Shown: in pieces, positions 10,203 to 21,500 of the stretch
Layout of the letters: each line of letters starts with the position of its first letter
Position numbering within the stretch: the first letter of the stretch is position 1
Source of the DNA: an uncultured Elusimicrobia bacterium
GTDB taxonomy: Bacteria > Elusimicrobiota > Elusimicrobia > UBA1565 > UBA9628
Length of the DNA: 64,000 bases
Assembly (NCBI GenBank): GCA_903881545.1
Contig: CAIRTQ010000094.1
Location: 1,479 to 65,478 of the forward strand
Direction: 5' to 3'
Program-made: the position numbers and the translations under genes
The notes under the pieces: generated by a model
Database searches by the model: none
Told to the model about the DNA's origin: nothing
Seen by the model: only the letters and a program-made list of their open reading frames with translations

Positions 10203-11293
10203 TCTAGCAAATTGGCTGCGTAATCAGCGATGGCGGGGCTGGCGGTCAGGCCCGGGGATTCGATGCCGATGAGGTTGACCCAGCCGGGCCAGCCGCGGGC
10301 CGATTCTTCCGCGATGACGAAGTCCCTAAACGAGCCGTCGGATGAGAGCTTTGGCCTGATTCCGGCCGTTCCGGGGGTGAGGTCTTCCAGCTTGAGTTCC
10401 GGCAGGTAGCGGGACGCCGCCTCATGAAAGCTCCGGCGGAGTCCGAGGTCTATGTCATAATCGAGGGAGCTGACGGCGAAGGCATTCGGGCCGAGGCGGT
10501 GGCGCCCCTGGCGGTCGATGGTGAGGTGGATGCCCAGGCTATGGGTCGCCGGGACAGGATAGACCAACGGTTGGATCGGCAGAGTGCGGCGCAGGTTGAA
10601 GTACTCGCCTTTGAACCAATGGAGCCGATAGCCGGCGGCGGCGGTGTCCATGCCGGCCAGGGCGGCGACGCGGTCGCTCGTTAGGCCGGCTGCGTTGATC
10701 ACGCAGCGCGCGAGGATGGGGTCGGCCATGCCGTTGATTTTGAGAAGATAGTGTCCCGCTTTACGCTCCACCGCGACGAGTTCGGAGTTCCAGAGAAAGA
10801 TGGCGCCGGAGTCCTGGGCCTGGGCCAGGAAGTGACGCATGAGCTCCTCGGAATCCACGATGCCCGTCTCGGGCGACCAGAGGCCCGCGACCGCCCGGAC
10901 TCCGGGGGCCAGTCCGGGAATGTCGGAAGGACCCACCATCTCCAGGCCCGCGACGCCGTTGGCCTGCCCTTGGGCGAGCAGGCTTTCGAGCTTGGCGACC
11001 TCCTCGGCGGCGCAGGCGACCAGGAGCTTACCGGTGCGGCGGCAGAAGACGCCGTGCCGGCGGCCGATTTCGTATATCCGCCCGCGACCCGCGACGCAGA
11101 GCCTGGCCTTCAGGCTGCCCGGCGGATAGTAGAGGCCCGCATGGAGGACTTCGCTGTTGCGCGAGGAGGTCTCCAGCCCGTGGCGCGGGTGGCGTTCGAG
11201 GACGACGACGTTGTTGTCGGGCCGGGCGAGCCGGGCGGCGACGGCCAGGCCTACGACTCCGGCCCCGATTACGACCGCGTCAATGGTTTCCAT
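10190..11293 (-). CDS. lhgO: FAD-dependent oxidoreductase, L-2-hydroxyglutarate oxidase/dehydrogenase-like (LhgO/YgaF family)
   Basis: 367 aa. N-terminal FAD-binding GxGxxG (VVIGAGVVGLAVA) and overall LhgO-like sequence. Confidence 0.7.
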   Translation of the reverse strand: METIDAVVIGAGVVGLAVAARLARPDNNVVVLERHPRHGLETSSRNSEVLHAGLYYPPGSLKARLCVAGRGRIYEIGRRHGVFCRRTGKLLVACAAEEVAKLESLLAQGQANGVAGLEMVGPSDIPGLAPGVRAVAGLWSPETGIVDSEELMRHFLAQAQDSGAIFLWNSELVAVERKAGHYLLKINGMADPILARCVINAAGLTSDRVAALAGMDTAAAGYRLHWFKGEYFNLRRTLPIQPLVYPVPATHSLGIHLTIDRQGRHRLGPNAFAVSSLDYDIDLGLRRSFHEAASRYLPELKLEDLTPGTAGIRPKLSSDGSFRDFVIAEESARGWPGWVNLIGIESPGLTASPAIADYAANLLEWPA

Positions 11294-11314
11294 GGTCCAT
11301 CGGCCGTTGCCGGT

Positions 11315-12187
11315 TTAAGCGTTCTGCCGGTCTTTCCTGAGCGTGCCTAGTATCTCGACGGCGGAGCGGGAGCGGTTGAGTGTGTAAAAATGGATCCCCG
11401 GCGCCCCTCCCTCTAGGAGCTCCCGGCATTGCTGCGTCGCCCACTCGATGCCGTAGCGCACCACCGCTTCGCCGTCGTTCTGTATTCGTTCCAGGTCCGC
11501 GGCCATCCGCGCGGGGATCGTCGTCCCGCAGAGCGTGGTGAAGCGCTTGAGCTGCGCGAAGCCCGTCACCGGCATGATCCCCGGCACGATCGGCACGGTC
11601 ACCCCCGCGCCGCGCGCCGAGGCTACGAAGTCGAAGTAATGCCGGTTGTCGAAGAAGAGCTGGGTCACCACCATCTCTCCCCCGGCCTGTACCTTGGCCA
11701 CCAGGTGCTCCAGGTCCTCCTGGCGGCTGCGCGCCTCCGGATGCCCTTCCGGATAGCCCGCCACCGCCATGTGGAATCCGCCGGCTTGCCGGATGAAGCG
11801 GACTAGGTCGGCCGCGTGCGGGAAATCCCCGGGCAGGGCCCCTGGCCAGTCCTGCGGCTGGTCGCCGCGCAAGACCATGATGTTGCGTATTCCCGCCGCC
11901 TCGATGCGCTCGAGGTTGCGGAACATCTCGGCGCGGGTATGCGTGATGCCGGTCAGGTGGCAGACGGTTTCGATGCCCACTTCCCGCTGCATGCGCTCGA
12001 CCATGTCTATGGTCCGGTCCCGTGCCGAGCCGCCCGCGCCGTAGGTCAGGGACACGAACGACGGCGCCAGATCTTTGAGCCGCCGCACAGAGTCCAGGAA
12101 GGAGTCCGTCCCCACGGGCGTCTTGGGCAGGAAGAATTCAAAGGAGAATACGGGTTCCGAGCGCGTGAACAAGGCCGGAATATCCAC
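11315..12187 (-). CDS. metF: 5,10-methylenetetrahydrofolate reductase
   Basis: 290 aa with a MetF-like sequence (SFEFFLPKT...SLTYGAGGS...). Confidence 0.85.
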   Translation of the reverse strand: MDIPALFTRSEPVFSFEFFLPKTPVGTDSFLDSVRRLKDLAPSFVSLTYGAGGSARDRTIDMVERMQREVGIETVCHLTGITHTRAEMFRNLERIEAAGIRNIMVLRGDQPQDWPGALPGDFPHAADLVRFIRQAGGFHMAVAGYPEGHPEARSRQEDLEHLVAKVQAGGEMVVTQLFFDNRHYFDFVASARGAGVTVPIVPGIMPVTGFAQLKRFTTLCGTTIPARMAADLERIQNDGEAVVRYGIEWATQQCRELLEGGAPGIHFYTLNRSRSAVEILGTLRKDRQNA

Positions 12188-12220
12188 GCGGCTATAGTAG
12201 CAAATGAGTCCGCGAAGGGC

Positions 12221-15124
12221 TCAGGTCTTGCCGGGGCCGGTCTGGGATTCGGCGGCCTTGATGAGCTTCTGGTATTCATCCGCGGCGTTCGGGTCGGTGT
12301 TGACCCGGCTGGCGCTCTTGAATTCGGTCGCGGCGTCCAGGAATTGGTGCATGGCCGTGTAGGTCGCGGCGCGGTTGCGGTAATAGCGGTCAACGGATGG
12401 GCCCAGCTCGATGGCGCGGCTGAAATTTTCCAACGCCTCGGGATACTTGCGCAGGGCCAAATTCGCCATGCCTACCCCGTTATAGGCCGCGGCCAAGCTG
12501 GGGTCGTATTTGGCCGCGACTAGATAATTCTCCAGGGCTCTTTGGTAGGCGCCCTGGAAGTAGTACGCGTGGCCGGCGCGCAGGTAGGCCTCGGGGCCTT
12601 TCAGGTCGAGCTTGATGGCGGCCATGATCTCCGCCAGGGCGCTTTTGTAGTTGCGCCGGGTGGTTAGCACCGTGGCCAGGCGCAGATGCGCTTGAGTGCT
12701 CTTGGGATCGAGCTCGATGGCCCGGAGGAAATCCTGCTGGGCCGCGTCAAAGGCTTCCTGCGCGAGAAGGCAGCTGCCGCGGCCGAGATACGCCTCGACT
12801 ACGGTTCCGTCGATCTCCATGGCATGGGTGTACTCGTTGACGGCCTTGTCGTAGCGCCCGACGCTGTGCAGAGCGTCGGCGCGCAGGATGAAGGCGTACG
12901 GGTCGGTGACATCCTTCGCCATGAGGGGCGCGATGTCGGCCACGGCCGTGAAGTAATCATCGGCCTCTCCGCGAGGAGCGCCGAATCCGGCTTGGAAGGT
13001 CCGGGCGCTGGGGTCTAATGCCATGGCTGCCCAATAGGCCCGGTCCGCCTCCTTGTATTGCTTGGCCAGGGCGTGGCCGTAAGACTGGCCCAACAGTCCC
13101 TCGGCGCGATGGATGCCGAACTGATAGGCGCTGTTGATGTCGGCTATGGCGCGGTCGGCCTGGCGCAAGCGCAGGTAAGCTAATCCCCTTTGCAGGTAGG
13201 CGGGACCATGGCTGGCGTCGATCGTCAAGACACGCGTACAGTCCTTCACGGCTATCTCGTATTTCTGCCCCAGGCGGCGGGCCGTACACAGGCCGGTCCA
13301 GGCCTCCCGGGATGCGCTGTTGAGCCGCGCGGCCCGGCTGAAATCCTTGAGGGCTTCCTGCCACGAGCCCAGGCCGCCTTCGGCCTGCCCGCGGTGGATG
13401 AGCGCGGGCACGAAGTCCTCGTCATAGCGCAAGGCTTGGTTGAAGGCGCCTACGGCGGCTTCATAATCGTGCCCGGCCATGCGGATGCCGCCGAGCGTGT
13501 CGTATACGGCTGGGTTCCGCGCGTCTTTTTCAATGGCCACCTGGATGTCGTGCAGGGCGCCGGCATGCTCCCCGATCTTGGCGCGGGCCTGGGCCCGCGC
13601 CTGCAGGATGCGCGAGGGAGGGCCTTTGAGGCTGAGCGCCGTGGTGAAGGCCTCGATGGCTTTATGGTAGAGGCGCGCCCGCATCCGGAGCATCCCCAGA
13701 TTGAACTGGAAGTCGAAATTCCCGGGCTCCAGCGTCACGGCGGCGATGATGTCGCTGAGGGCTTTGTCCGGATCGTTCAAGGCATTGGCGTAGAGCGCGC
13801 CGCGGTTGTTGTAGGCATCGGCCAGCTTCGGGTCGCTGGCGAGCGCGGCGTTGAAATCGTCCAAGGCCAGCGCCGATTTCCCCGTGCGCGCGTAGAACCT
13901 GCCCCGCGCCACCCGGACTCCGGGCGCCTTCGGGTCCAATTTAACGGCGTGCGAGAGGTCCGTGAGGGCCTGTTCCTGTAGATCGAGTTCCAGTTCCAAT
14001 AGCCCGCGTGCGCTCCAGGCCGCGGTGGAGGCGGGCTCCGCTTTCACCGCCGTATCGAGATCCCTCATCGCGGCCTTGGTGTTTTTGAGCGCCTCCCAGG
14101 CCCTGGCGCGGCTTACCAGAGGCGCGGCGCCGCGGCCCAAGGCCGCGGCCAGGGTGTAGGCCTCGATGGCCTCGCTCCAAAGGAGTTGGCCGGCAAAACG
14201 GTCACCCACGGCCAGGGCGAATCGGGCGTCATCCGGCTTGGAGGAAAGGACCTTGCGATAGTCGGCCAACGCTTCGTCGCGCCGGCCCAGGCGCCAATAG
14301 GCTTCGGCCCGATTGAACCAAGCCGAATAATCGCGCGGGCCCACCCGGACGGCCTCTCCAAAATCTTTGAACGCGGCGTCGTTGTCCCCGTGCGCCAGGC
14401 GGAGGGCGGCCCGGCCCAGGTAGGCGTAGGTGTATTCTGGGTTAAGAGCCAACGCCTTGTCATAGGCTTTGGTGGCGCGTGCCGCGTCGCCCTTGTGCGC
14501 CAAGACGGTCCCCAACAGGGCGAAGGAGATGGAGGCGCCCTTGTTGAGCCTAAGCGCAGAGAAGAGGTCCGCGACGGCTTTGTCGTCGTGCCCCAGGTCG
14601 AAATAGGCGTGGGCCCGGTTGTGATAATAAAGGGCCTGGGGGTTGCCCTGGATGGCGAGGTCGAGATCCGCGGCCGCCGCCGCGAAATCCCCCTTGGCGC
14701 GCCAGGCCCGGGCGCGGGCGGCAAAGGCCTCGGGGGATCTTTCCGCCTGCAAGGCAGCGGTCAAGTCGCTCATGGCCTCGTCTGCGGCGCCCTTGAGCAG
14801 AAGCGCCGACCCCCGAGCGATGAGTTCCTCCGCGCTGCGGGGCCGGCGTCTGGCCAACACTTGGGCGCAGTCCTCTTCCATCCGGATCGGGTCCGCGAGA
14901 GCCGAGGCAATCCTGGCCCGCAGGGCAAGGGCCGGCGTGAAGCGGGAATCGTGCACGATGGCCGCGTCAGCCGCGGTCAGGGCGATCTGGAAATCCTCAT
15001 GCAGATAGGCGGCCAAGGCCCGATTATAGGAACGCCGAGCTAATTCCGTATCACGGGCCAAGCCGGGCTGGGCCAGGGCTAAGGAGAAAACGATGAGTGT
15101 CAGGAGCGTGAGGGGCCTCATCAT
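12221..15124 (-). CDS. Secreted TPR repeat protein (about 25 TPR units)
   Basis: 967 aa with a signal peptide and a repeated W-LG-Y-A-P-NP TPR pattern throughout. Confidence 0.7.
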   Translation of the reverse strand: MMRPLTLLTLIVFSLALAQPGLARDTELARRSYNRALAAYLHEDFQIALTAADAAIVHDSRFTPALALRARIASALADPIRMEEDCAQVLARRRPRSAEELIARGSALLLKGAADEAMSDLTAALQAERSPEAFAARARAWRAKGDFAAAAADLDLAIQGNPQALYYHNRAHAYFDLGHDDKAVADLFSALRLNKGASISFALLGTVLAHKGDAARATKAYDKALALNPEYTYAYLGRAALRLAHGDNDAAFKDFGEAVRVGPRDYSAWFNRAEAYWRLGRRDEALADYRKVLSSKPDDARFALAVGDRFAGQLLWSEAIEAYTLAAALGRGAAPLVSRARAWEALKNTKAAMRDLDTAVKAEPASTAAWSARGLLELELDLQEQALTDLSHAVKLDPKAPGVRVARGRFYARTGKSALALDDFNAALASDPKLADAYNNRGALYANALNDPDKALSDIIAAVTLEPGNFDFQFNLGMLRMRARLYHKAIEAFTTALSLKGPPSRILQARAQARAKIGEHAGALHDIQVAIEKDARNPAVYDTLGGIRMAGHDYEAAVGAFNQALRYDEDFVPALIHRGQAEGGLGSWQEALKDFSRAARLNSASREAWTGLCTARRLGQKYEIAVKDCTRVLTIDASHGPAYLQRGLAYLRLRQADRAIADINSAYQFGIHRAEGLLGQSYGHALAKQYKEADRAYWAAMALDPSARTFQAGFGAPRGEADDYFTAVADIAPLMAKDVTDPYAFILRADALHSVGRYDKAVNEYTHAMEIDGTVVEAYLGRGSCLLAQEAFDAAQQDFLRAIELDPKSTQAHLRLATVLTTRRNYKSALAEIMAAIKLDLKGPEAYLRAGHAYYFQGAYQRALENYLVAAKYDPSLAAAYNGVGMANLALRKYPEALENFSRAIELGPSVDRYYRNRAATYTAMHQFLDAATEFKSASRVNTDPNAADEYQKLIKAAESQTGPGKT

Positions 15125-15212
15125 CGGAGAAGATTAGTGGATGCGTGTTACAATTTCAAGTCACGCGGTCGGCGCGGGTTCCAGAAAGGCTAGAATCATC
15201 TGCTCCTAATAT

Positions 15213-17267
15213 ATGTCCATAGGTTCTGCGGAGGATCTTTTTGCGCCAGAAGGGCCGCTGGCCCGTGAAGCGCCTGATTTTGAGCTTCGGCCGCAGCAGG
15301 TTCGTATGGCTATTGCGGTCGCGGAGGCGCTGCAGCGCAACGGCCGCCTCGTGGTGGAAGCCGGCACGGGCGTAGGCAAATCCTTGGCTTACCTCCTGCC
15401 CGGGGCGTTGTGGGCGTCGGAGCAGGGGCGCCGTTTGACGGTTTCCACTCACACCCGTGCTCTTCAGGAACAGATAATGGGCCGGGAACTTCCCGTCGTC
15501 TCCCGAGTGCTCGGCCGCCTGGGGCGCACCCTGCGCACCGCCCTGCTCATGGGCGGGGAGAACTATCTCTGCGTACGGCGGCTGGAGCGTCTGGCCCGGT
15601 CTCCGGCTTTCTCTCTTGAGCCGGCCGCTCTTGTTTTGGAAGAACTCCGCTTTTGGACCCGGACCGCGGACACCGCGCTGCGATCGTGCATTCCGTTTTC
15701 CGTGCCGCAGGATATTTGGCGGCGCGTTTGCCGGGATGCGGAGTTTTGCGGGCGCCGGGGGCGGATTTGCGGCCGCTGCCTCTATCGTCTCGACCGTAGG
15801 CGCGCGGAGAACTCCCAGGTCCTGGTGGTCAACCACGCCCTGCTCCTCTCCGGCGCGCGTCTGCCGCCCGCCGGGGCATTGGTCATCGACGAAGCCCACA
15901 GCCTGCTCGATGCCGCCGCCGGGCATTTAGGGGCATGCGTGACCGTGGGTCGATTCCTGTCGCTGGGCGAGACGGCGGCGGACCTGGCGCGCCGCATCGC
16001 GTCCGCGGGCGGCGACGCGGAGGGCGCCTTGGCGGCGGCGGAGCGCCGGGCCCGTCTTCTGGTCGAAGCTGCCCCTGGCTTCCTGGGGCGGGTAGCCGCC
16101 GACCATGGGTTCCGGGAGCGCTCCGCGGATGCCGGCGCGGCGCCTCTGGAAGGGATCCCGGAGGAGGTGGAACCCGCGGCGCTGCCCGAGTTGGAGGGCT
16201 GCCTGGTCGAGGTCCTGCGCCGCTGTCCGGATGCCGAGTCAGATTCCGAGGTCCGCTCCCTTCAGGCGAATGTCGCGGCCTTGCGCCGGGACTTGCGGGA
16301 GATTCTGTCCCGTGAGTCCCTTGATGTGGCGCGCTGGGTGGAATGGCGGCCGGTTGCCGCGCGCGCTGACGGTGAAGACGCGGTCTCTGGCGCTGACCGG
16401 GCGCCGCGCCGATTCGCCTTCTCTCTGCGCGCCGAGCCTTTGGAAGTCTCCGGCGCTCTCGCTGAAAGGCTCTGGGCCCAGGACATTCCATTGGTGCTGA
16501 CTTCAGCCACGCTTTCCGCCGGCCGCGGTTTGGGTGAATTCAAGGCGGCCGTGGGACTGCCCGAGGCGCGTGCTTTGGCGCTGGATTCCCCCTTCGATTT
16601 TCGTAGCCAGGCCGGACTGCTCATTCTGGACGGACTCCCTGAACCCGCGGATGAGGCGGGGTATGCCGCGGCCGTGGCGCAGCGCTGCCGCGAGCTGATC
16701 CCCCACGTCTCCGGCGGAGTCTTTATCCTCTTCTCCAGCTGGAGGATGCTACGCCAGGTTCATGGCTTGCTGCGCCTCAGTTTCAAGGACCGTCTGCTGG
16801 CGGTGCAGGGAGACTCTGGAAGCGAGGCTCTCCTCAACGAGTTCAAAGCTGCCGGCAACGCCGTGCTTCTGGGCGTGGATACATTCTGGCAAGGGGTGGA
16901 TGTCCCGGGAGCGGCGCTTTCCTGCGTGATGCTGGCCAAGCTGCCGTTCCCGAACTACGCCTCTCCCTTGGAAGCGGCGCGCCGGCGCTGGTATGAATCC
17001 TGCGGCCGGTCCTATTTCGAGGACTGGAGCTTGCCCCGAGCCGTCATGAAGCTGCGCCAGGGCTTCGGCCGGCTCATCCGTGGCGCGTCGGACCGCGGCG
17101 CCGTGGTCATCCTGGATTCGCGCATTCTGCACAAGGGCTATGGCGATGTTTTCTTGGACGCCTTGCCTTCCTGCCGGAGGCTCTCCGGCGTGGAGGATTT
17201 CGCCGCGTTCTTCTCCAAACCCGACCGCGAGACTCCGGGCGGCAAGCGTAGCAAGCGGGCAAAATAA
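15213..17267 (+). CDS. dinG: ATP-dependent DNA helicase, DinG/XPD (Rad3) family
   Basis: 684 aa. Walker A (AGTGVGKS), the DEAH-region VVNH, a four-Cys Fe-S cluster (C..C...C..C in RRVCRDAEFCGRRGRICGRC), and C-terminal helicase motifs. Confidence 0.8.
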   Translation: MSIGSAEDLFAPEGPLAREAPDFELRPQQVRMAIAVAEALQRNGRLVVEAGTGVGKSLAYLLPGALWASEQGRRLTVSTHTRALQEQIMGRELPVVSRVLGRLGRTLRTALLMGGENYLCVRRLERLARSPAFSLEPAALVLEELRFWTRTADTALRSCIPFSVPQDIWRRVCRDAEFCGRRGRICGRCLYRLDRRRAENSQVLVVNHALLLSGARLPPAGALVIDEAHSLLDAAAGHLGACVTVGRFLSLGETAADLARRIASAGGDAEGALAAAERRARLLVEAAPGFLGRVAADHGFRERSADAGAAPLEGIPEEVEPAALPELEGCLVEVLRRCPDAESDSEVRSLQANVAALRRDLREILSRESLDVARWVEWRPVAARADGEDAVSGADRAPRRFAFSLRAEPLEVSGALAERLWAQDIPLVLTSATLSAGRGLGEFKAAVGLPEARALALDSPFDFRSQAGLLILDGLPEPADEAGYAAAVAQRCRELIPHVSGGVFILFSSWRMLRQVHGLLRLSFKDRLLAVQGDSGSEALLNEFKAAGNAVLLGVDTFWQGVDVPGAALSCVMLAKLPFPNYASPLEAARRRWYESCGRSYFEDWSLPRAVMKLRQGFGRLIRGASDRGAVVILDSRILHKGYGDVFLDALPSCRRLSGVEDFAAFFSKPDRETPGGKRSKRAK

Positions 17268-17351
17268 CAGGCCGGCGTAAATCAGAACAAGGTGTTTACC
17301 TGTGGGGTTCTATATTATAGAATCGCAGGGTCGCGCAGTTGAAGGAGGCTT

Positions 17352-18284
17352 ATGAAGAAATTCCTGGCTGGCTTCGTTCTGTTGTTTACGCCCATCTCTC
17401 TGAGCGCCGCATATTTTGAGGGCGGCGTGGATCAGACCTCCGGGTCGAACGGATATTCTGGCACTGCCGGCTATGTGCAGTTCGCGTCTAACAAAGGGCT
17501 CTACTTCAAGCCTCGGTTCAACATCCTGCAGACGAACCAATCCAGCACGAAATACGGCTCGTATTTCGGGCGCGTAGGCTACGACCAGTTCGGCTTCATC
17601 GGTAACGAGCAGCTTCTGCATCTGGGTCTCGAGGGCGGCGGCACGCCGATGGCCAACGGCTACGGCAACGCTTCGGCCAGCGCGGACATGACCGTGAGCC
17701 TGATCGGCGGTAAAGCCGGCGCTGTCCTCGCCGGTCCCGGTTCCAGGGGCGAGAAGGGACGTTTGGGCGTGGGCTTGACCCGGGTCGACGTGGGCCTCAT
17801 GGGAACGCTCACCGAGCATCGCGATGACGCGCCGGCCGCTACGCCGACCCATGTCGGGCAGGCCGATTGGGGTGCGTTTGCCGGGGTGAATCTATTGTCC
17901 CTCCAAGGCAGCGTCCAGGTCACGAAGAGTTCGTATCAAAGGGCCATCCCGACCAACGCCGCGTTCCAGCCGAACCTGGAGCTGGTGGGCGTGAGCAACA
18001 TGGTCTCCGGGTTCCCGGACCTCAGCTACAATGTAAAGGTCCAGACGAACGAGCTGATTCTTTTCTCTCCTTTCGTTTCGTACACCTATACCACGTTCAA
18101 TCAATACCAGGCGGCGGGCAACAACCTGTCGGCCTCCCATGCCATGCAGTTCGGCGTGAGCGCGAACCTGGCCATGCTGGAGCTGCGCGGTTCTTACCAA
18201 TATTACGATCCGGGCAAGGGCCACGCGACGCGCAATTACATCTCTTTGGGCGCGTCCTTGAATTTCGGGGCCGCGGGCAGCTAA
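17352..18284 (+). CDS. Hypothetical outer-membrane beta-barrel protein
   Basis: 310 aa with a signal peptide, alternating hydrophobic beta-strand pattern and Gly/aromatic-rich composition. GGAGG Shine-Dalgarno 5 nt upstream. Confidence 0.5.
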   Translation: MKKFLAGFVLLFTPISLSAAYFEGGVDQTSGSNGYSGTAGYVQFASNKGLYFKPRFNILQTNQSSTKYGSYFGRVGYDQFGFIGNEQLLHLGLEGGGTPMANGYGNASASADMTVSLIGGKAGAVLAGPGSRGEKGRLGVGLTRVDVGLMGTLTEHRDDAPAATPTHVGQADWGAFAGVNLLSLQGSVQVTKSSYQRAIPTNAAFQPNLELVGVSNMVSGFPDLSYNVKVQTNELILFSPFVSYTYTTFNQYQAAGNNLSASHAMQFGVSANLAMLELRGSYQYYDPGKGHATRNYISLGASLNFGAAGS

Positions 18285-18383
18285 GCTTCGCGCCTCGGAG
18301 GATCATTCCGCGCAGTCGGGTTCCCGGATATGTGCTATCATTCTTATTGGTTACCGATGGCCGAATCGGGCCTAAACGATCTT

Positions 18384-18473
18384 GGAGAGGTGGCCGAGCG
18401 GCTGAAGGCGACGGTTTGCTAAACCGTTATATCCTGTAAAGGGGTATCGAGGGTTCGAATCCCTCCCTCTCCG
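18384..18473 (+). tRNA. tRNA-Ser (anticodon GCT), long variable arm
   Basis: GGAGAGG acceptor stem, anticodon loop TT-GCT-AA, long variable arm, T-arm GAGGG-TTCGAAT-CCCTC. No encoded CCA. Confidence 0.85.
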
Positions 18474-18533
18474 TATCTTTTTCTTCTGCGATGAAATATT
18501 TCTGTAAAGGCCAGACTCAACCCTAATCGCGTC

Positions 18534-21500
18534 ATGCGCCGCAATCCGAATTGGAGTCGCAGTGCTCGGGTCTTCGCGGGCGCGGCCTTCCTGGTCGCGG
18601 CCGTTGCCGGCGCGCCGGAGGCTTGGGCCATAAGGGTGCCCGCCGGGGCCGCCGTGGACGCCCGGCGCTTCGGCCTGGACCAGTTCCGCCAGCCGGCGCG
18701 CCACGCGTCTTCCCGGAGGGCCCGCGCCGCTTTCGCCGCTTTCAACAAAAGCCATGGCGGCAGATGGAATATCCGTTTCGACCCCGTCACCGGCGCCGCG
18801 TCGGCCCTGGTCGGGGGGCAGGGTTCCCCCCGCCCGGGCAAGCGCGAGGACGCGGCCCGCTCGTTCCTTGCCGAACAAGGCGAGCTCTTGGATATCGATT
18901 CTGCCGCTTTGTCCGTGGAGAAGGTCATCCCCGGAAAGGGTCACGGCCATGTCCTGTTCCGGCAGACTTATCGGGGAATTCCGGTGGAGTTCTCCCGCGT
19001 CAAGGTCCATTTTGACGGCCGCGGGGCCGTGACCGGACTGCATTCGAACTTCAAGCCTGGCTTGAGCTTGGATGTGACTCCCAGCATCACCTCGGCGCAG
19101 GCCGCGGCCGCGGTGCGCCGCGACGCGGGGGTGCCGCCTTCAAGCCGAGGCGCCCTGGTGATCTTTATGGACCCGCGCACCGCGCAGGCGCGCTTGGCCT
19201 GGAAGTTCACCGCGCGGTCAAAGCAGGCGCTGTGGCGGTATTACATCGACGCCCTCACCGGCGGCGTCATCTTCCGTTATAACGATCTGCGTTTCGCCTG
19301 CCTCTCGCAAGGCACGATATCAGGCCAAGTCTATGACGTCGATCCGACCAGCACGCCCGGCCCAGTTGTGCGGCCGTTCAACCATGAGCGGGTCTATGTG
19401 GTGGATGCCAGCACTTTCGCCGAGACCTATAACGATTCCACCAACGGGCAGGGCTTCTTCTGTAGCAGCCAATCGGGCGCGATGTTTACCCAATTGCAGG
19501 GACCGTTCGTCAACGTTTCCAATTTCCGGGGGCCGAGCGCGCACTTCGATAACAACGGAGGGCTATGGCGGACGGTGGCAACGCCTGTTTCCTCACCGCA
19601 TCCCTATCCCCTCAACGCGCGTCTGACCTCGGCAGTCAATGTGTCTGATTCCAATGGCGAGACAGTGGTCAAGGTTTTGCCGATCTTCACGAAGTTTATG
19701 GTGGGCGCGGTAGGCAGCGGCAATGGGCAGGAAGCTAACGACATCACCATCGATGATTCGGTCAGCATACTCGATTCCTTCAGCAACCCCGTGGGCGCAT
19801 TCATCGGGAGCCTGGGCGCGTTCAACGGGACCGCCGTGGCCGGCGCCTCCTACAGCCTGCGCTTGAAGTCGGGCGGCAGCGGGACCGGCCAGCAGTACGG
19901 CTACGATGTGAGCTCCTCCAGTTACCTTGTTCTGCCCAGCCCCAGCACCGTCGGCAACAACCTCCTGACTTGGACCACCGACTACACTTTCCCCTTTCCC
20001 CGCGTGGGGACACGGATGCACAGCGAGATGTCCCTCTTCTATCATTTGAACCTCATGCATGATTTCTTCACCGACGGCGTCGTCTATGACCCGCTCGCAC
20101 CTCCGGCTTCTCCAGACGGGCTTGCCCCCCTCTATTCGCCAGGAGTGTACGCCTCGGGCGCGGCCGACATCAACAGCGCGCCGGTTAATGCCTTGGTCCT
20201 GGTGGGTCCGAACATGGCTGGCCCGTTCTACAACCCGGACGACGACAACTTCATCTTCGGCGACGGGCAGGATGCGTCGCCCAACGACATGCAGACGGAC
20301 GACGCGACCGCGAGCCACCATGAGTACACCCATTACGTGGTGCAGAAGATCTGGAACATCCAGAATTTCGGCCAGGCCGGCGCGATTTCCGAAGGCAACG
20401 CCGACTATTTCGCGGCCACATCCTTGAACAACAGCGCCATCGGGTCCTACCTCAACGGTGGGACGCCCCTGCGGGACATCGATTGCCAGAAGCCGGGCGT
20501 CACCTGCGCGGTGCTCTGCCCCACGACAAGCGTGACTTCCAACTGCAACGCCAATTGGAGCGGAGAGATACACACGGACGCGATATTCCTCAGCCAAGCG
20601 CGCTGGGACATCCGTCGCGACCAGATAGCGCGCCTGGGTGCCGCAGACGGGCAGGCCTGCGCGGATGGCCTCATGTTCCAGGCCTTGACTTACTTCCCCG
20701 AGAGCTTTCAGGAATACATGGACGCCATGCTGGATATTGACGCCTTGGGCGCGGTCACGGCGTGCGGCGGCGTCGGCGTGGCTAACAGTTCCATCGTCAA
20801 TAATTTTAGCCTGCACGGCCTGCCTTTCGGCGCCGGCAATAGCGGCTTTGAGAGCGCTTTGGACGTCAGCACCATGAGTTCTACCTCCGGCGCGATCTAC
20901 CCCGCGGGCGCCGAGAACTTCTACACTTTCGCCGCGGGCCCGGGGCCCATCCGGATCGCCATGACCTTGCCTCCCCATAGGCAGCCTTCCGACGGCTACT
21001 ACATGGGCTATTACCTGACCTTGTTTTCCCGGAACCATGAGGTGGTGGCGACCGCCCAACCGCAGCTCGGTTCTTGCGACGCCGTTGACTGCGAGTCGCT
21101 ACAGCAGGATGTCGTGCTCACCTACGTCAACTCCTCGGGCGGGGGCGGGCAATTCTACTTGATGGTCTCGGCTGAATATACGGCCGACGGCTCCAACAGC
21201 GGCGCCAACTCCCTATGGCCTTACACCCTCGATTTTAGCTATGTCAAGGCCGGCGCCTTTACGGGCGGGGTGGCCGTCCATTCCTTCGACAACGACATCA
21301 TAAGCTTCTCGGTCAACGTGACCACTTTAGGGGTGGCGCAAACCCCGAACTTTACCTTCGCCTACGCCCAGCTGCGCGACCACAACCAGAGCCCCCTAGC
21401 GGAAACGCGGACCGATGTCCCCGGGGGGTACCTGACCTTAGTCTTCAGCTCCGCCGCGGGCGCCGCGATCTCGGGCCAATTGCAATTGCAGCAGGCGCTG

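Noticed and set aside
18372-19043. 223-aa and 169-aa minus-strand ORFs overlapping tRNA-Ser and the metalloprotease 5' end
   Set aside because: Antisense to a tRNA and to a gene with a clear signal peptide. Composition is nonsense-like.
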